From positions 6,224 to 70,223 of the forward strand of contig JAKUOW010000003.1 of NCBI GenBank assembly GCA_022451045.1: a stretch of DNA of 64,000 nucleotides, in the 5' to 3' direction. This stretch comes from Pirellulales bacterium. Lineage in GTDB: Bacteria; Planctomycetota; Planctomycetia; Pirellulales; Pirellulaceae. This document shows positions 28,790 to 37,921 of this stretch, piece by piece. Numbering within the stretch: the first letter of the stretch is position 1; every line of letters starts with the position of its first letter. Below the pieces are notes generated by a model. It saw only the letters and a list, made by a program, of their open reading frames with translations. It was not told the DNA's origin and ran no database searches. A program made the translations under genes and the position numbers.

Positions 28790-28847
28790 TTGGCTATCCC
28801 AATTCGTGGTCGTTCACAACGGAGCACGTTTTCGCTCCGTTGGAATC

Positions 28848-29684
28848 CTATCCGTAGCGTCCTTGAATGTACATTTCTGTTTTCTCGTTTTCGGGAGTCA
28901 TGAACAGGTCAGTGGTTGGCCGGTGTTCAATAATCTCACCAAGTAACATGAATACACATTCATCAGAGGCACGCCGCGCCTGTGCCATATTATGTGTGAC
29001 GACGACAATAGTGAAGTCTTCACGTAAACGTTCGATTAGATTCTCAATCTTCTCTGTGCCTTCGGCATCCAAAGCAGAGCAGGGTTCATCCATAAGAATG
29101 ATTTCGGGCTTTAAAGGCAGCAACCTCGCTATACACAGTTTCTGTTGCTGCTCGAGTGTGAGCCATGTTGCTCGTTGCTTTAGGCGATTTTTTACAGCAT
29201 CCCAAAGATCAACTTCTCTCAACGCTTCTTCGACTATTTGATCCCGTGCGGACCTACTTATGCCTTTATGCGCTGCATGAATATTGCTGCCAAACAGCAC
29301 GTTGTCGTAGATGGAAATCGGGAGAGGATTGGGTCGTTGAAAAACCATGCCAACCGATTTTCGTAACTGGCGAGTGGAAACATCAGGGTCGAGAATGTTC
29401 TTGTCGAGAATTCGAATCTCACCTGTGGTCGTTACATTACCATATCGCTCGTTAATACGATTAAAACATCGTAACAGCGTCGTTTTTCCACATCCGCTGG
29501 GTCCAATTAGGCTGGTGATAATTCCTTTGCGGATATTCAGCGTAACGTCTTCAAGTGCTTGAAAATCTCCATACCACAAGCTCAGATCTCGAGTTGTGAT
29601 ACTCACTTCCTGAGCCTGCGGTTCAGTAACCAGTGTCTCGACGTCAGGTTTTAGTGTTTTAGATTCCATGAGATCGACGGCCAT
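28848..29684 (-). CDS. pstB: phosphate ABC transporter ATP-binding protein PstB (canonical Walker A/Q/B/H, degenerate signature motif)
   Basis: It carries GPSGCGKTT, MVFQRPNP, ILMDEPCSALD and VVTHNM and ends ...YIQGRYG like PstB. The signature motif reads LTLEQ (29148-29162) instead of LSGGQ. Confidence 0.9.
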   Translation of the reverse strand: MAVDLMESKTLKPDVETLVTEPQAQEVSITTRDLSLWYGDFQALEDVTLNIRKGIITSLIGPSGCGKTTLLRCFNRINERYGNVTTTGEIRILDKNILDPDVSTRQLRKSVGMVFQRPNPLPISIYDNVLFGSNIHAAHKGISRSARDQIVEEALREVDLWDAVKNRLKQRATWLTLEQQQKLCIARLLPLKPEIILMDEPCSALDAEGTEKIENLIERLREDFTIVVVTHNMAQARRASDECVFMLLGEIIEHRPTTDLFMTPENEKTEMYIQGRYG

Positions 29685-30548
29685 TTAACCAAAATCTCCC
29701 ATTACGTAGTCCAATGTGATTTGTTGTTCCGGCTCCGAGAATATTTTTTCGGTCGGTCCAAATTCGATTAATTCTGATTTGTTAAAAAACGCAGTGTTGT
29801 CGGCCAAGCGGCGTGCCTGTTGTACGAGATTAGTAACAAGGACGATTGTTAATTCCTGCTTTAATTCCAAAAGTACATCTTCGATTTTCATCGTGGTGAC
29901 CGGGTCAATTGCAATTGAGAATTCATCCAGGCACAGGATTTCCGGTTGATGTGAAAGTGCGCGGGCGATGGTGAGTCGTTGTTGTTGTCCACCGGACAAT
30001 TTGGTGCCGAGCATGTCCAAACGGTCTTTAACCTCATCCCATAACATTGCTTGCCTTAGGCACTTCTCGACAAGCTCATCGAGAACCCGTCGATCATGCA
30101 TCCCTGCCCGGCGGGGAGCATAGGCTACGTTTTCATAGACCGACAAGGGCAATCCGACAGGAAGTGGGAATACCATCCCGATATGTCGTCTTAGTTGATG
30201 TACCCTCCGACCTCTGATTGCGCTGACATCTTGTCCATTTACCTTGACTGAACCGGAGACTTTCGCGGATGGGATGAAGTCTAATGTTCGGTTAATGGAC
30301 TTTAACAGCGTCGTCTTACCGGCATTGGCCGGGCCGATTATTCCAAAAATCTCATTACGTTTGATTTGCATGTCAAACGGTTGAAGTGCAACGTCCGAAC
30401 CATATTTGACGCTAACATTGTCAAAGGAAATATGGATATCGCTTGAGATTGGCAGGCTAGATTCGTGATGTACTTTGACGGCCGCAGGCGCATCTGTTGC
30501 TAGGTCACCGGTCAGTTGGGTTGTTTCGTTTTGATTCACAATTACCAC
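29685..30548 (-). CDS. second PstB-like ATP-binding protein (canonical LSGGQ signature, degenerate Q-loop and H-loop)
   Basis: It carries GPANAGKTT, LSGGQQQRL and LCLDEFSIAID. MVFP replaces MVFQ, and VTN replaces the H-loop VTH. Confidence 0.85.
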   Translation of the reverse strand: MVIVNQNETTQLTGDLATDAPAAVKVHHESSLPISSDIHISFDNVSVKYGSDVALQPFDMQIKRNEIFGIIGPANAGKTTLLKSINRTLDFIPSAKVSGSVKVNGQDVSAIRGRRVHQLRRHIGMVFPLPVGLPLSVYENVAYAPRRAGMHDRRVLDELVEKCLRQAMLWDEVKDRLDMLGTKLSGGQQQRLTIARALSHQPEILCLDEFSIAIDPVTTMKIEDVLLELKQELTIVLVTNLVQQARRLADNTAFFNKSELIEFGPTEKIFSEPEQQITLDYVMGDFG

Positions 30549-31654
30549 CTCTTACGTGCACGAAGATAAATGCGGAATCCAATTGAAATACTGTTTACCA
30601 TCAAGACCATTCCAATCAGTACAACCGCCGTACCAAATTGAAATGACTCTGGAACATCCTGAACCTGGGTTGCGACTGTGAACAGGTGGTACGAAAGAGC
30701 CATGAAACGGTCTTCGAGTCCATATGGCACAAAGGAATCAAAACCAGTATCTGCGATTTTCTTGTAGTAGAGTGCGCCGGTGAACAGGATGGGCGCAGTT
30801 TCACCGGCTGCTCTAGCCACTTGTAAGATTACGCCGGTGAGAATTCCGTTGATGGAGTTTGGTAGGACGAGTGTCCGAATGGTTTGCCATTTAGTCGCTC
30901 CCATGTTCCAGCATGCAGCACGAAATGACTGAGGTACAGAGGTCAATGCTTCCTTGGTACTTGTGATGATTACAGGAAGTGTCATCACAGCAACAGTGGA
31001 AGAAGCAGCCAGCAATGATCTGCCCATATCCATGAAGTAGACGAATGCGCCAACTCCAAACAGGCCATGCACGATACTCGGCACACCAGCGAGGTTGACC
31101 ACGGCAAGGTTTATGATTCGCGTAAACCAATTGTCATTAGCAAATTCGCTCAGATAAACACCCGCCAGGATGCCAATCGGTGCCGAAATAACCAGAGAGA
31201 GAAGCACTAATAAAAATGTTCCTATCAATGGCGCCCAGACACCACCGGCTGTCATACGCTTTTTTGGGTTGAGGGTAAGGAAGTCAAACCCACCGTTATC
31301 CATATTGAATACGGTGATACACACGATCCAAATCGAGATGCCTGCAAGAATAGCAATTGCAAGGCCCATGAAGAGCTTGCGTTTATGTTCATTGCGTTTC
31401 GCAGCTTCAATGAGAAAATATGGAATCAAAAGTCCAACGCAGCCAACGCCTATGACCATATAGGTGTATGACAAAACATCACTAGCACGATATGCGAGAT
31501 CCCACATGATCCAAAGCATGGGGATAACGAGCGCCATCGTCATCATCAGGAACGTAAATTGGGCTCCCAGTTCTATCCGCTTACGTTTGATTTCTTGCGG
31601 CGTTCTGGCAAAAGGATTGTTGCCGTCATTAGGATTGAGATTAACATTAGCCAT
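30542..31654 (-). CDS. pstA: phosphate ABC transporter permease PstA
   Basis: It is a multi-pass permease with an EAA-like loop (KEALTSVPQSFRAACWNMGATKWQ) and overlaps both neighbours. Confidence 0.85.
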   Translation of the reverse strand: MANVNLNPNDGNNPFARTPQEIKRKRIELGAQFTFLMMTMALVIPMLWIMWDLAYRASDVLSYTYMVIGVGCVGLLIPYFLIEAAKRNEHKRKLFMGLAIAILAGISIWIVCITVFNMDNGGFDFLTLNPKKRMTAGGVWAPLIGTFLLVLLSLVISAPIGILAGVYLSEFANDNWFTRIINLAVVNLAGVPSIVHGLFGVGAFVYFMDMGRSLLAASSTVAVMTLPVIITSTKEALTSVPQSFRAACWNMGATKWQTIRTLVLPNSINGILTGVILQVARAAGETAPILFTGALYYKKIADTGFDSFVPYGLEDRFMALSYHLFTVATQVQDVPESFQFGTAVVLIGMVLMVNSISIGFRIYLRARKRW

Positions 31655-32894
31655 GCTGTTCCGTCCTTATTCCTTTGACGATTACATCTGCGATGATGTT
31701 GATCAGGAATGCGAATGTGAACAAAACAATGCCGATAACAAACAGCACCAGATAGTGTTCGTCACCTGGTGCTGTCTCACCTAGTTCTGCGGCAATGGTT
31801 GCAGTGAGAGTTCTAACAGGATCTAACAATCCTTCTGGTATTTGAACGGCATGGCCAGTACACATAAGTACGGCCATAGTTTCACCAATTGCTCGGCCAA
31901 CCCCTAACAGAACTGCAGCCAGCAGACCATGTTTCGCCGCAGGAAAGAGCACCTTAAATACCATTTCAATTCGATTTGCACCGAGGGCCATCGCAGCTTC
32001 ACGATAGGAATCAGGTACAGCGCGTAGTGCATCTTCGGACATGGAAACGATCACCGGCACACTCATTAAAGCGAGGATGATTCCACCGTTTAGAAGGTTG
32101 ATTCCCACAACAGCTGAATCGAATGAATCCAGCAAGATCGGTCCGAGAATCATATATCCAACAAATCCCCAAACCACAGATGGTATTGCTGCGAGTAATT
32201 CGATGAGCACTTTGAGGGTTTCTCTGGTCTTACCTCCGGCGAATTCTGACACATATACTGCGGCGCCAAGACCGAGCGGCACAGCGATCAGCATTGATAG
32301 AATGGTAACGGACAGTGTTCCCATGAGCATTGCAAAGATCCCGAACTGAGGTTTCTTTGCGGACTCCGGCACCCACTTTTCGTTTGATGCAAAGTCAGTG
32401 GGGTTTAACTTGAATGGCTTGATTCTGCCAATTCTCAAATCAGACGTAAGCCGGTCCGATATCCACTGTTTTTGTATCGCGGTCAGACCGTCGACGTCTG
32501 TGACGAAAACCTCTTTCGGATGATCGTCGTTCGCTGTGTGATATTTATCAGGATCAAGTTGTTTCAGTACAACTGCAGAAATCTGATCCAGTTGTGAATC
32601 AGATACATCGAATCCATGTTGTTCCGAGATTTCCTTAACAGCTTTTTGGGTATTAGTTGTGATCTTATCACTGTTACCAAAAATTGCCGGTGCACCCTCT
32701 ACAAATACGAAGGCGAAAATCGCAAGTACAAAGAGGATCGCACTCCAACCGCAGAGGTAGATAAAGCCGACAAACAACCACTCGAATTTATCCACAATGA
32801 CGTTAGAGTAATAACGGAAACCGCGCTGGCTTTCGCCAGGTGGCTTGCTTCCACTATCAGTGGATTTGGGTGATTGCGTGGTTGTGCTTTCCAT
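31647..32894 (-). CDS. pstC: phosphate ABC transporter permease PstC (with long periplasmic insert)
   Basis: It carries the EAA loop SEDALRAVPDSYREAAMALGANRIE and overlaps pstA by 8 nt. Confidence 0.85.
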   Translation of the reverse strand: MESTTTQSPKSTDSGSKPPGESQRGFRYYSNVIVDKFEWLFVGFIYLCGWSAILFVLAIFAFVFVEGAPAIFGNSDKITTNTQKAVKEISEQHGFDVSDSQLDQISAVVLKQLDPDKYHTANDDHPKEVFVTDVDGLTAIQKQWISDRLTSDLRIGRIKPFKLNPTDFASNEKWVPESAKKPQFGIFAMLMGTLSVTILSMLIAVPLGLGAAVYVSEFAGGKTRETLKVLIELLAAIPSVVWGFVGYMILGPILLDSFDSAVVGINLLNGGIILALMSVPVIVSMSEDALRAVPDSYREAAMALGANRIEMVFKVLFPAAKHGLLAAVLLGVGRAIGETMAVLMCTGHAVQIPEGLLDPVRTLTATIAAELGETAPGDEHYLVLFVIGIVLFTFAFLINIIADVIVKGIRTEQHG

Positions 32895-32933
32895 CGCACT
32901 CCGCCGGCTAGATGTTGATCAGCGATGTAACAG

Positions 32934-33821
32934 TTACTTAACAGGAACGTATCCCATCTCTGTTACAACTGCCTGACCGGCATCTGACATGATCCAGTCC
33001 AGGTATTCCTTTACATTTCCAGTTGCTTCACCAATGGTATAGATGTGCAAGGGTCTCGCAATTGGGTAAGTGTTGTTTATAACGTTTTCTGCATTCGGCT
33101 CAACAGCTTCTCCATCATCAGAAGATTTTATTTTGAGCATCTTTACATCAGGAGTTGCATAGCCCATCCCACTGTAACCGATGGAGTTGAGCGTTGTACT
33201 TACAAGAGCGACTACATCTTTAGAGCCACTTTGGTCGATGGAGCCGAGTTTAAAGTCTTCTTCATCCAAGACGGACTCCCGGAAATATGCATACGTTCCG
33301 GAATTGTTTTGGCGGCTAACACGGGTGATTTCATCAGCAGTGCCTTCAGGCATTGTGATCCCAATATCACTCCAGTTGGTGATGCTTCCGCTATCGGCAT
33401 AAATCGCTTTGAGTTGGCTAAGTGAGATTTCATCAATCGGATTGTCTTTATGAACGTAAACAGCGAGTGCGTCACGCCCTACAATTAGCTCGACAGGCTC
33501 TTTTCCTAGCTCATCCTTCGCTCTTGCCTTTTCTGAGTCCTTTACTTTACGGCTGGCATTTGCCATATCTGCCTGACCGCTAATAAGACTCTTAATGCCA
33601 ACGCCGCTACCGCCGCCAGAGACTTCGATTTCGACACTTGAATTGGACTCTTGATACTGTTCTGCCCATGCCTGAGCTAGATTGACCATTGTGTCAGAAC
33701 CTTCAATCCTGATTGCCGATTCAGCTTCGTCTTTGGTGGATCCATTGTCACCACTGCCGCCACATCCTGTGATCATGATTGCCACTGCAAGTAACGCGGC
33801 AAACTGCTTTATTCGTTTCAT
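32934..33821 (-). CDS. pstS: phosphate-binding lipoprotein PstS
   Basis: It has the lipobox AIMITGC and PBP-like motifs GSDTM, GGGSGVG and NNSGTY. It is the first gene of the pst operon. Confidence 0.85.
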   Translation of the reverse strand: MKRIKQFAALLAVAIMITGCGGSGDNGSTKDEAESAIRIEGSDTMVNLAQAWAEQYQESNSSVEIEVSGGGSGVGIKSLISGQADMANASRKVKDSEKARAKDELGKEPVELIVGRDALAVYVHKDNPIDEISLSQLKAIYADSGSITNWSDIGITMPEGTADEITRVSRQNNSGTYAYFRESVLDEEDFKLGSIDQSGSKDVVALVSTTLNSIGYSGMGYATPDVKMLKIKSSDDGEAVEPNAENVINNTYPIARPLHIYTIGEATGNVKEYLDWIMSDAGQAVVTEMGYVPVK

Positions 33822-33951
33822 TTCTTATTCCTACATTCTTTCTACGTCAACACACAGCTTCTCGAACCGCTTCGAGTGATATTGCTAGTAGCTGTGAAAC
33901 CATTTAATACGAGCATCGACAGCTCATATCACTTATGTGTATCACCACTAA

Positions 33952-33991
33952 GTTAAGAAAATGTTAAGAATTACTCATCGCATGGTAAGAA
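33952..33991 (-). promoter_or_regulatory. candidate Pho box: direct repeats TTCTTAAC / TTCTTAAC / TTCTTACC (minus-strand reading)
   Basis: On the plus strand, GTTAAGAA lies at 33952-33959 and 33963-33970 (11-bp period), and GGTAAGAA at 33984-33991 (21 bp further). The repeats sit 130-170 nt upstream of the pstS ATG. Confidence 0.45.
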
Positions 33992-34159
33992 ACAGGATGT
34001 TGATGTGAACAGCTAACGGTACCCACATTTAGCCACGACTTGGTGGATAGGCACCGATAACAAAGCTCCCAATTATTCAGAGTGAAATAGTTGACAGAAA
34101 GCCGTGAAAATCACGGATAATCCATCCAAAACAGGCTGCTTTGAATACTTGATTGAATC

Positions 34160-35629
34160 CTAAGCTAGCGCTTCTTCGACGATGTGTGCCTCATCCGGCC
34201 CAGTTAGACGCTGGTCAAGACCCTGGTAATAGAACGACAAGAGATTGTGATCCAATCCCATCAAGTGCAGTATCGTTGCATGGAAATCTGAAACGTGCAC
34301 GGGCCGATCAGCTATTCCAAATCCCAGGTCATCACTTGCGCCGATGGCCTGCCCGCCTTTGACTCCGCCACCAGCTAGCCACATGGTAAAGGCATGCCAG
34401 TTGTGATCACGACCAGGTTTCCCGATTCCTTCACTTGTCGGTGTGCGACCGAATTCACCACCCCAAACAAACAGCGTTTCATCCCACAGGCCAATATCTT
34501 TCATATCTTGCATTAAGGCTGCCATGGGCTTATCTGTTTCACCGGCATGAAGTTTGTGATTGGTGATACAGTCAGTGTGACCATCCCAGGTATCTTCGAT
34601 ATGGCCACCACCGGAGTAAAGTTGAATAAACCGCACTCCGCTCTCAAGTAAACGCTTGGTTATTAAACATTTTCTGCCAAAGTCGGCGGTGATTTTGTCG
34701 TTCAATCCATAACGTTCATGCGTCTTTGCTGATTCCTGAGACAAATCAACAACGTCCTTAGCGGCCACCTGCATGCGATATGCCAATTCGTAGGACTCGA
34801 TACGGGCTTCCAGTTCAGACTCGAATTTTCGAGTGCGTCGGTGTTGCTGATTGAGTGCTCCAAGTAAGTCCAATGACTTGCGCTGGCCACGATCGGTAAC
34901 TCCCTTTGGATTCTCCATGTTTAACAAAGGTGTGCCGCTGCTTCGGAACATGGTTCCCTGATATGCTGCCGGGATGTAACCACTACTCCAGTTTGAAGCG
35001 CTTCCAATTGGGCCGCCACGTGGATCGGTCATTACAACGTAGCCTGGTAGATCCTGGCTGATCGTTCCGAGTCCATAGTTTACCCATGAACCGATCGACG
35101 GGCTGCCGATTCCCACTTTCCCGGTATTCATCTGAATGCAACCGGAGGCATGTGCTGCGGTATCGGTGTAGCAACTACGAAACAGGCATAGGTCATCAGC
35201 ATGCGTGGATAGATGAGGATAGAGGTCGCTGATCTCCAATCCACTCTCGCCATGTTTCTGAAACTTGAATGGTGACTTCATTAAGTAACCAATGGCTCTT
35301 CCATTGGATCCAACTTCGAGCTCTCCCTTGTACTCTTCGCCATGGTGTTTATCCAGAACGGGTTTGGGATCAAACGTGTCAATTTGACTTGGGCCGCCAT
35401 TCATAAAAAAGAAGACACAGCGACTTGCTTTGGCTTCAAAGTGCGGCTTTTTCGGCGCCAACAATCCACTCAATCCCTCTTTGTCTTCAGCTCGCAATTT
35501 ATCAAAGAATCCGTCGCGACTGAGTAAGTCCAGCATCGCAAGACCTGTAAAACCCGCGCCGGTTTCCCAGAGAAACTCTCTACGCGAATTCCTACACGGT
35601 GTTTGATTTGGACTCATAAATCGATTCAT
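34160..35629 (-). CDS. DUF1501 domain protein (Tat-exported)
   Basis: It has the Tat motif SRREFLWETGAGFTGLAML and is paralogous to the other DUF1501 genes. Confidence 0.85.
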   Translation of the reverse strand: MNRFMSPNQTPCRNSRREFLWETGAGFTGLAMLDLLSRDGFFDKLRAEDKEGLSGLLAPKKPHFEAKASRCVFFFMNGGPSQIDTFDPKPVLDKHHGEEYKGELEVGSNGRAIGYLMKSPFKFQKHGESGLEISDLYPHLSTHADDLCLFRSCYTDTAAHASGCIQMNTGKVGIGSPSIGSWVNYGLGTISQDLPGYVVMTDPRGGPIGSASNWSSGYIPAAYQGTMFRSSGTPLLNMENPKGVTDRGQRKSLDLLGALNQQHRRTRKFESELEARIESYELAYRMQVAAKDVVDLSQESAKTHERYGLNDKITADFGRKCLITKRLLESGVRFIQLYSGGGHIEDTWDGHTDCITNHKLHAGETDKPMAALMQDMKDIGLWDETLFVWGGEFGRTPTSEGIGKPGRDHNWHAFTMWLAGGGVKGGQAIGASDDLGFGIADRPVHVSDFHATILHLMGLDHNLLSFYYQGLDQRLTGPDEAHIVEEALA

Positions 35630-35667
35630 GTCTTACTTTCACTAGCGTGAGACGAGTTATCTCTCGG

Positions 35668-37920
35668 TTAATCCGGATACGCGAACTCGTTGAGGTTGAA
35701 AATGACTCTGCAGATTTGAACGAGGGCTCTATATTCGGGTGACGTGGCCAACTTTCCATCCGCATCCTCTTCCCTGAACTTTTTTGTTTCCGTAGCGAGA
35801 AAGTCAGTCATAACTTGCAACTCCGTGGCTGTTGGTTCACGGCAAAGTGCAAGTTTAAATGCAAGCGTTATTTGCGCTGCTGAGCCATCACCGGCTTCAG
35901 TTTCTAATCGTTTGGCAAAATACTCTGCCTGTCGATTAACGAACTTGCCGTTAAAGAGAGTCAACGCCTGAGGCGCTACGCTGGTAACAATCCTTTGTGG
36001 CGTGGATTTGGTCGTATCACATAAATCCAGAACTTCTAAAAATGGCACAATCAGTGACCGCTTTACATAACTGTATATGGTGCGTCGATTTGCCTCTTCT
36101 TCATTAAACGCAGGCCAGATTTTCTGTTTGTCAGCATGGTTATCTAGAGCGTCGGACGGCACATATGGGTACATGCTGGGGCCGTACATTTTTCGGTTGA
36201 TTTGACCGCTGACTGCCAAAATACTATCGCGGATTGCTTCAACCTCTAGTCGGCGATACGGGCGTCTCCACAGTAAGTTGTTTTCCGGATCTTCTGCAGC
36301 ATATGACTCGTTCCATTCTGAGCTCATGCGATACGCATTACTCGAGAGAATCAATGCATGTAGCTTTTTCAGAGACCATTCGCCTTCATTGACAAACCAA
36401 TCTGCCAACCAGTCAAGTAACGCTTCGTGTGTCGGAGCTGCGCCCATTACACCGAAGTCGTTCGGTGTGCGAACAATACCAACGCCAAAGTGATGTTGCC
36501 AAACACGATTAACCAACACTCTCGCGGTCAGTGGGTTGGCATCACTGGCAATCCAATTCGCCAACGCCAATCTTCGACCGGTCGTGTGGTTTGTAGGATT
36601 ATCAAAATCCGGCTGCACGCTTGTAAGTACTGTCGGTACACCAGGTTGCACAACGGGTCCGGGACTGGACGCTTTGCCACGCACGAGAAGATTTGTTTCC
36701 GGTACGTTTTCAAGAGACTCGGTAAAGAAGTATCCACGCGGTAAATCGGGTGTTTCTTCTCTTAGGGCTTTGATAGCCTGCTTCGCCTGAGATAGTTGGT
36801 CCCGTTGTTCGTCGTTCAACCCGGAATCTGCATCTGCTGCAATCTCGTTGCGTTTGCTTGCAATCAACTTAACAGCATCTGAATCTCGATCGCCAGCCGG
36901 GGTCTTAAGTGCCTTCTGGATTGCATCATCCAGTTTGGATGTGCCATCTTGGATACGCTTCAGAGCAACCGCCAAATTGATCGAGTCGATGTTACTGTTA
37001 TGCTTTGCAATCTCACCATTTCGCTTCTGCTCATTGGCCAGTTGCTCAACACTACCAGCCGGCAAATCCAGATCTGACCTTCCGGATTGCGGTCGCGTTA
37101 GCGGATTGAAGATCGCGATCATCTTGTAATAGTCATGTTGCGTGAGTGCTTCAAACTTGTGATCGTGACAGCGGGCACAAGCAAGGGTGATCCCAAGAAA
37201 AACCTGACTCGTTGTGTTAAGCATGTCGTCGAGTTGATCGAACCGATCTTCAGCGAAATCAGCAGGCTCATCGTCAAATGGTCCCAGTCGATAGTAACCA
37301 GTAGCAATCACCGTACGTGAGTCAGCAGTTTCCAATTCATCGCCAGCAAGTTGTTCGAGGATGAATTGATTGAAGGGTACATCATCGTTGAGTGCTCGAA
37401 TGATATAGTCACGATATCTCCAAACATTTGGTTTCATACCATCACGTTCGTACCCGTTTGTTTCTGCATATCGCACGATATCCAACCAGTGGCGAGCCCA
37501 TCGTTCTCCGTATGCTTCACTTGCCAACAGTTTTTTAACAAGGTGATCAAATTGTTCCGGATCGCTGTTTGCATCGATGGCTGCCTGTTGCTTGAGCGTA
37601 GGTGGTAAACCGGTTAGCCCCAGGTAGAGACGTCGCCCAAGCGTTCCTGGAACAGCGGCAGGTGCAGGCTTCCAACCCTTTCGTTCCAACTTTTGCAGGA
37701 TAAACGCGTCGATGGGATTTCTTACCCAACGATCATTTTTCACTTGGGGAACGTCAGGCCGTTCGACTTTTTTGAATGCCCAGTGATCACGATCATCCTG
37801 CGTGATCTTTGCATCGCTCGCTTTAAGGTCAATGCTCACCTCCGGCATTTTGCCAGGTTCTTCAGCCAGCAGCGGAAAGGATATAAGTAGACAGAGCGTT
37901 ATAGAAAGTGATCTTTTCAT
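35668..37920 (-). CDS. DUF1549/DUF1553 (PSCyt2/PSD1) domain protein
   Basis: It carries CARCHDHKFE (CXXCH) and RVLVNRVWQHHFGVGIV. The start is ATG 37920 (MKRSLSITLCLLISFPLLAEE). The longer ORF to 38022 overlaps the upstream gene. Confidence 0.85.
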   Translation of the reverse strand: MKRSLSITLCLLISFPLLAEEPGKMPEVSIDLKASDAKITQDDRDHWAFKKVERPDVPQVKNDRWVRNPIDAFILQKLERKGWKPAPAAVPGTLGRRLYLGLTGLPPTLKQQAAIDANSDPEQFDHLVKKLLASEAYGERWARHWLDIVRYAETNGYERDGMKPNVWRYRDYIIRALNDDVPFNQFILEQLAGDELETADSRTVIATGYYRLGPFDDEPADFAEDRFDQLDDMLNTTSQVFLGITLACARCHDHKFEALTQHDYYKMIAIFNPLTRPQSGRSDLDLPAGSVEQLANEQKRNGEIAKHNSNIDSINLAVALKRIQDGTSKLDDAIQKALKTPAGDRDSDAVKLIASKRNEIAADADSGLNDEQRDQLSQAKQAIKALREETPDLPRGYFFTESLENVPETNLLVRGKASSPGPVVQPGVPTVLTSVQPDFDNPTNHTTGRRLALANWIASDANPLTARVLVNRVWQHHFGVGIVRTPNDFGVMGAAPTHEALLDWLADWFVNEGEWSLKKLHALILSSNAYRMSSEWNESYAAEDPENNLLWRRPYRRLEVEAIRDSILAVSGQINRKMYGPSMYPYVPSDALDNHADKQKIWPAFNEEEANRRTIYSYVKRSLIVPFLEVLDLCDTTKSTPQRIVTSVAPQALTLFNGKFVNRQAEYFAKRLETEAGDGSAAQITLAFKLALCREPTATELQVMTDFLATETKKFREEDADGKLATSPEYRALVQICRVIFNLNEFAYPD

Positions 37921-37921
37921 T

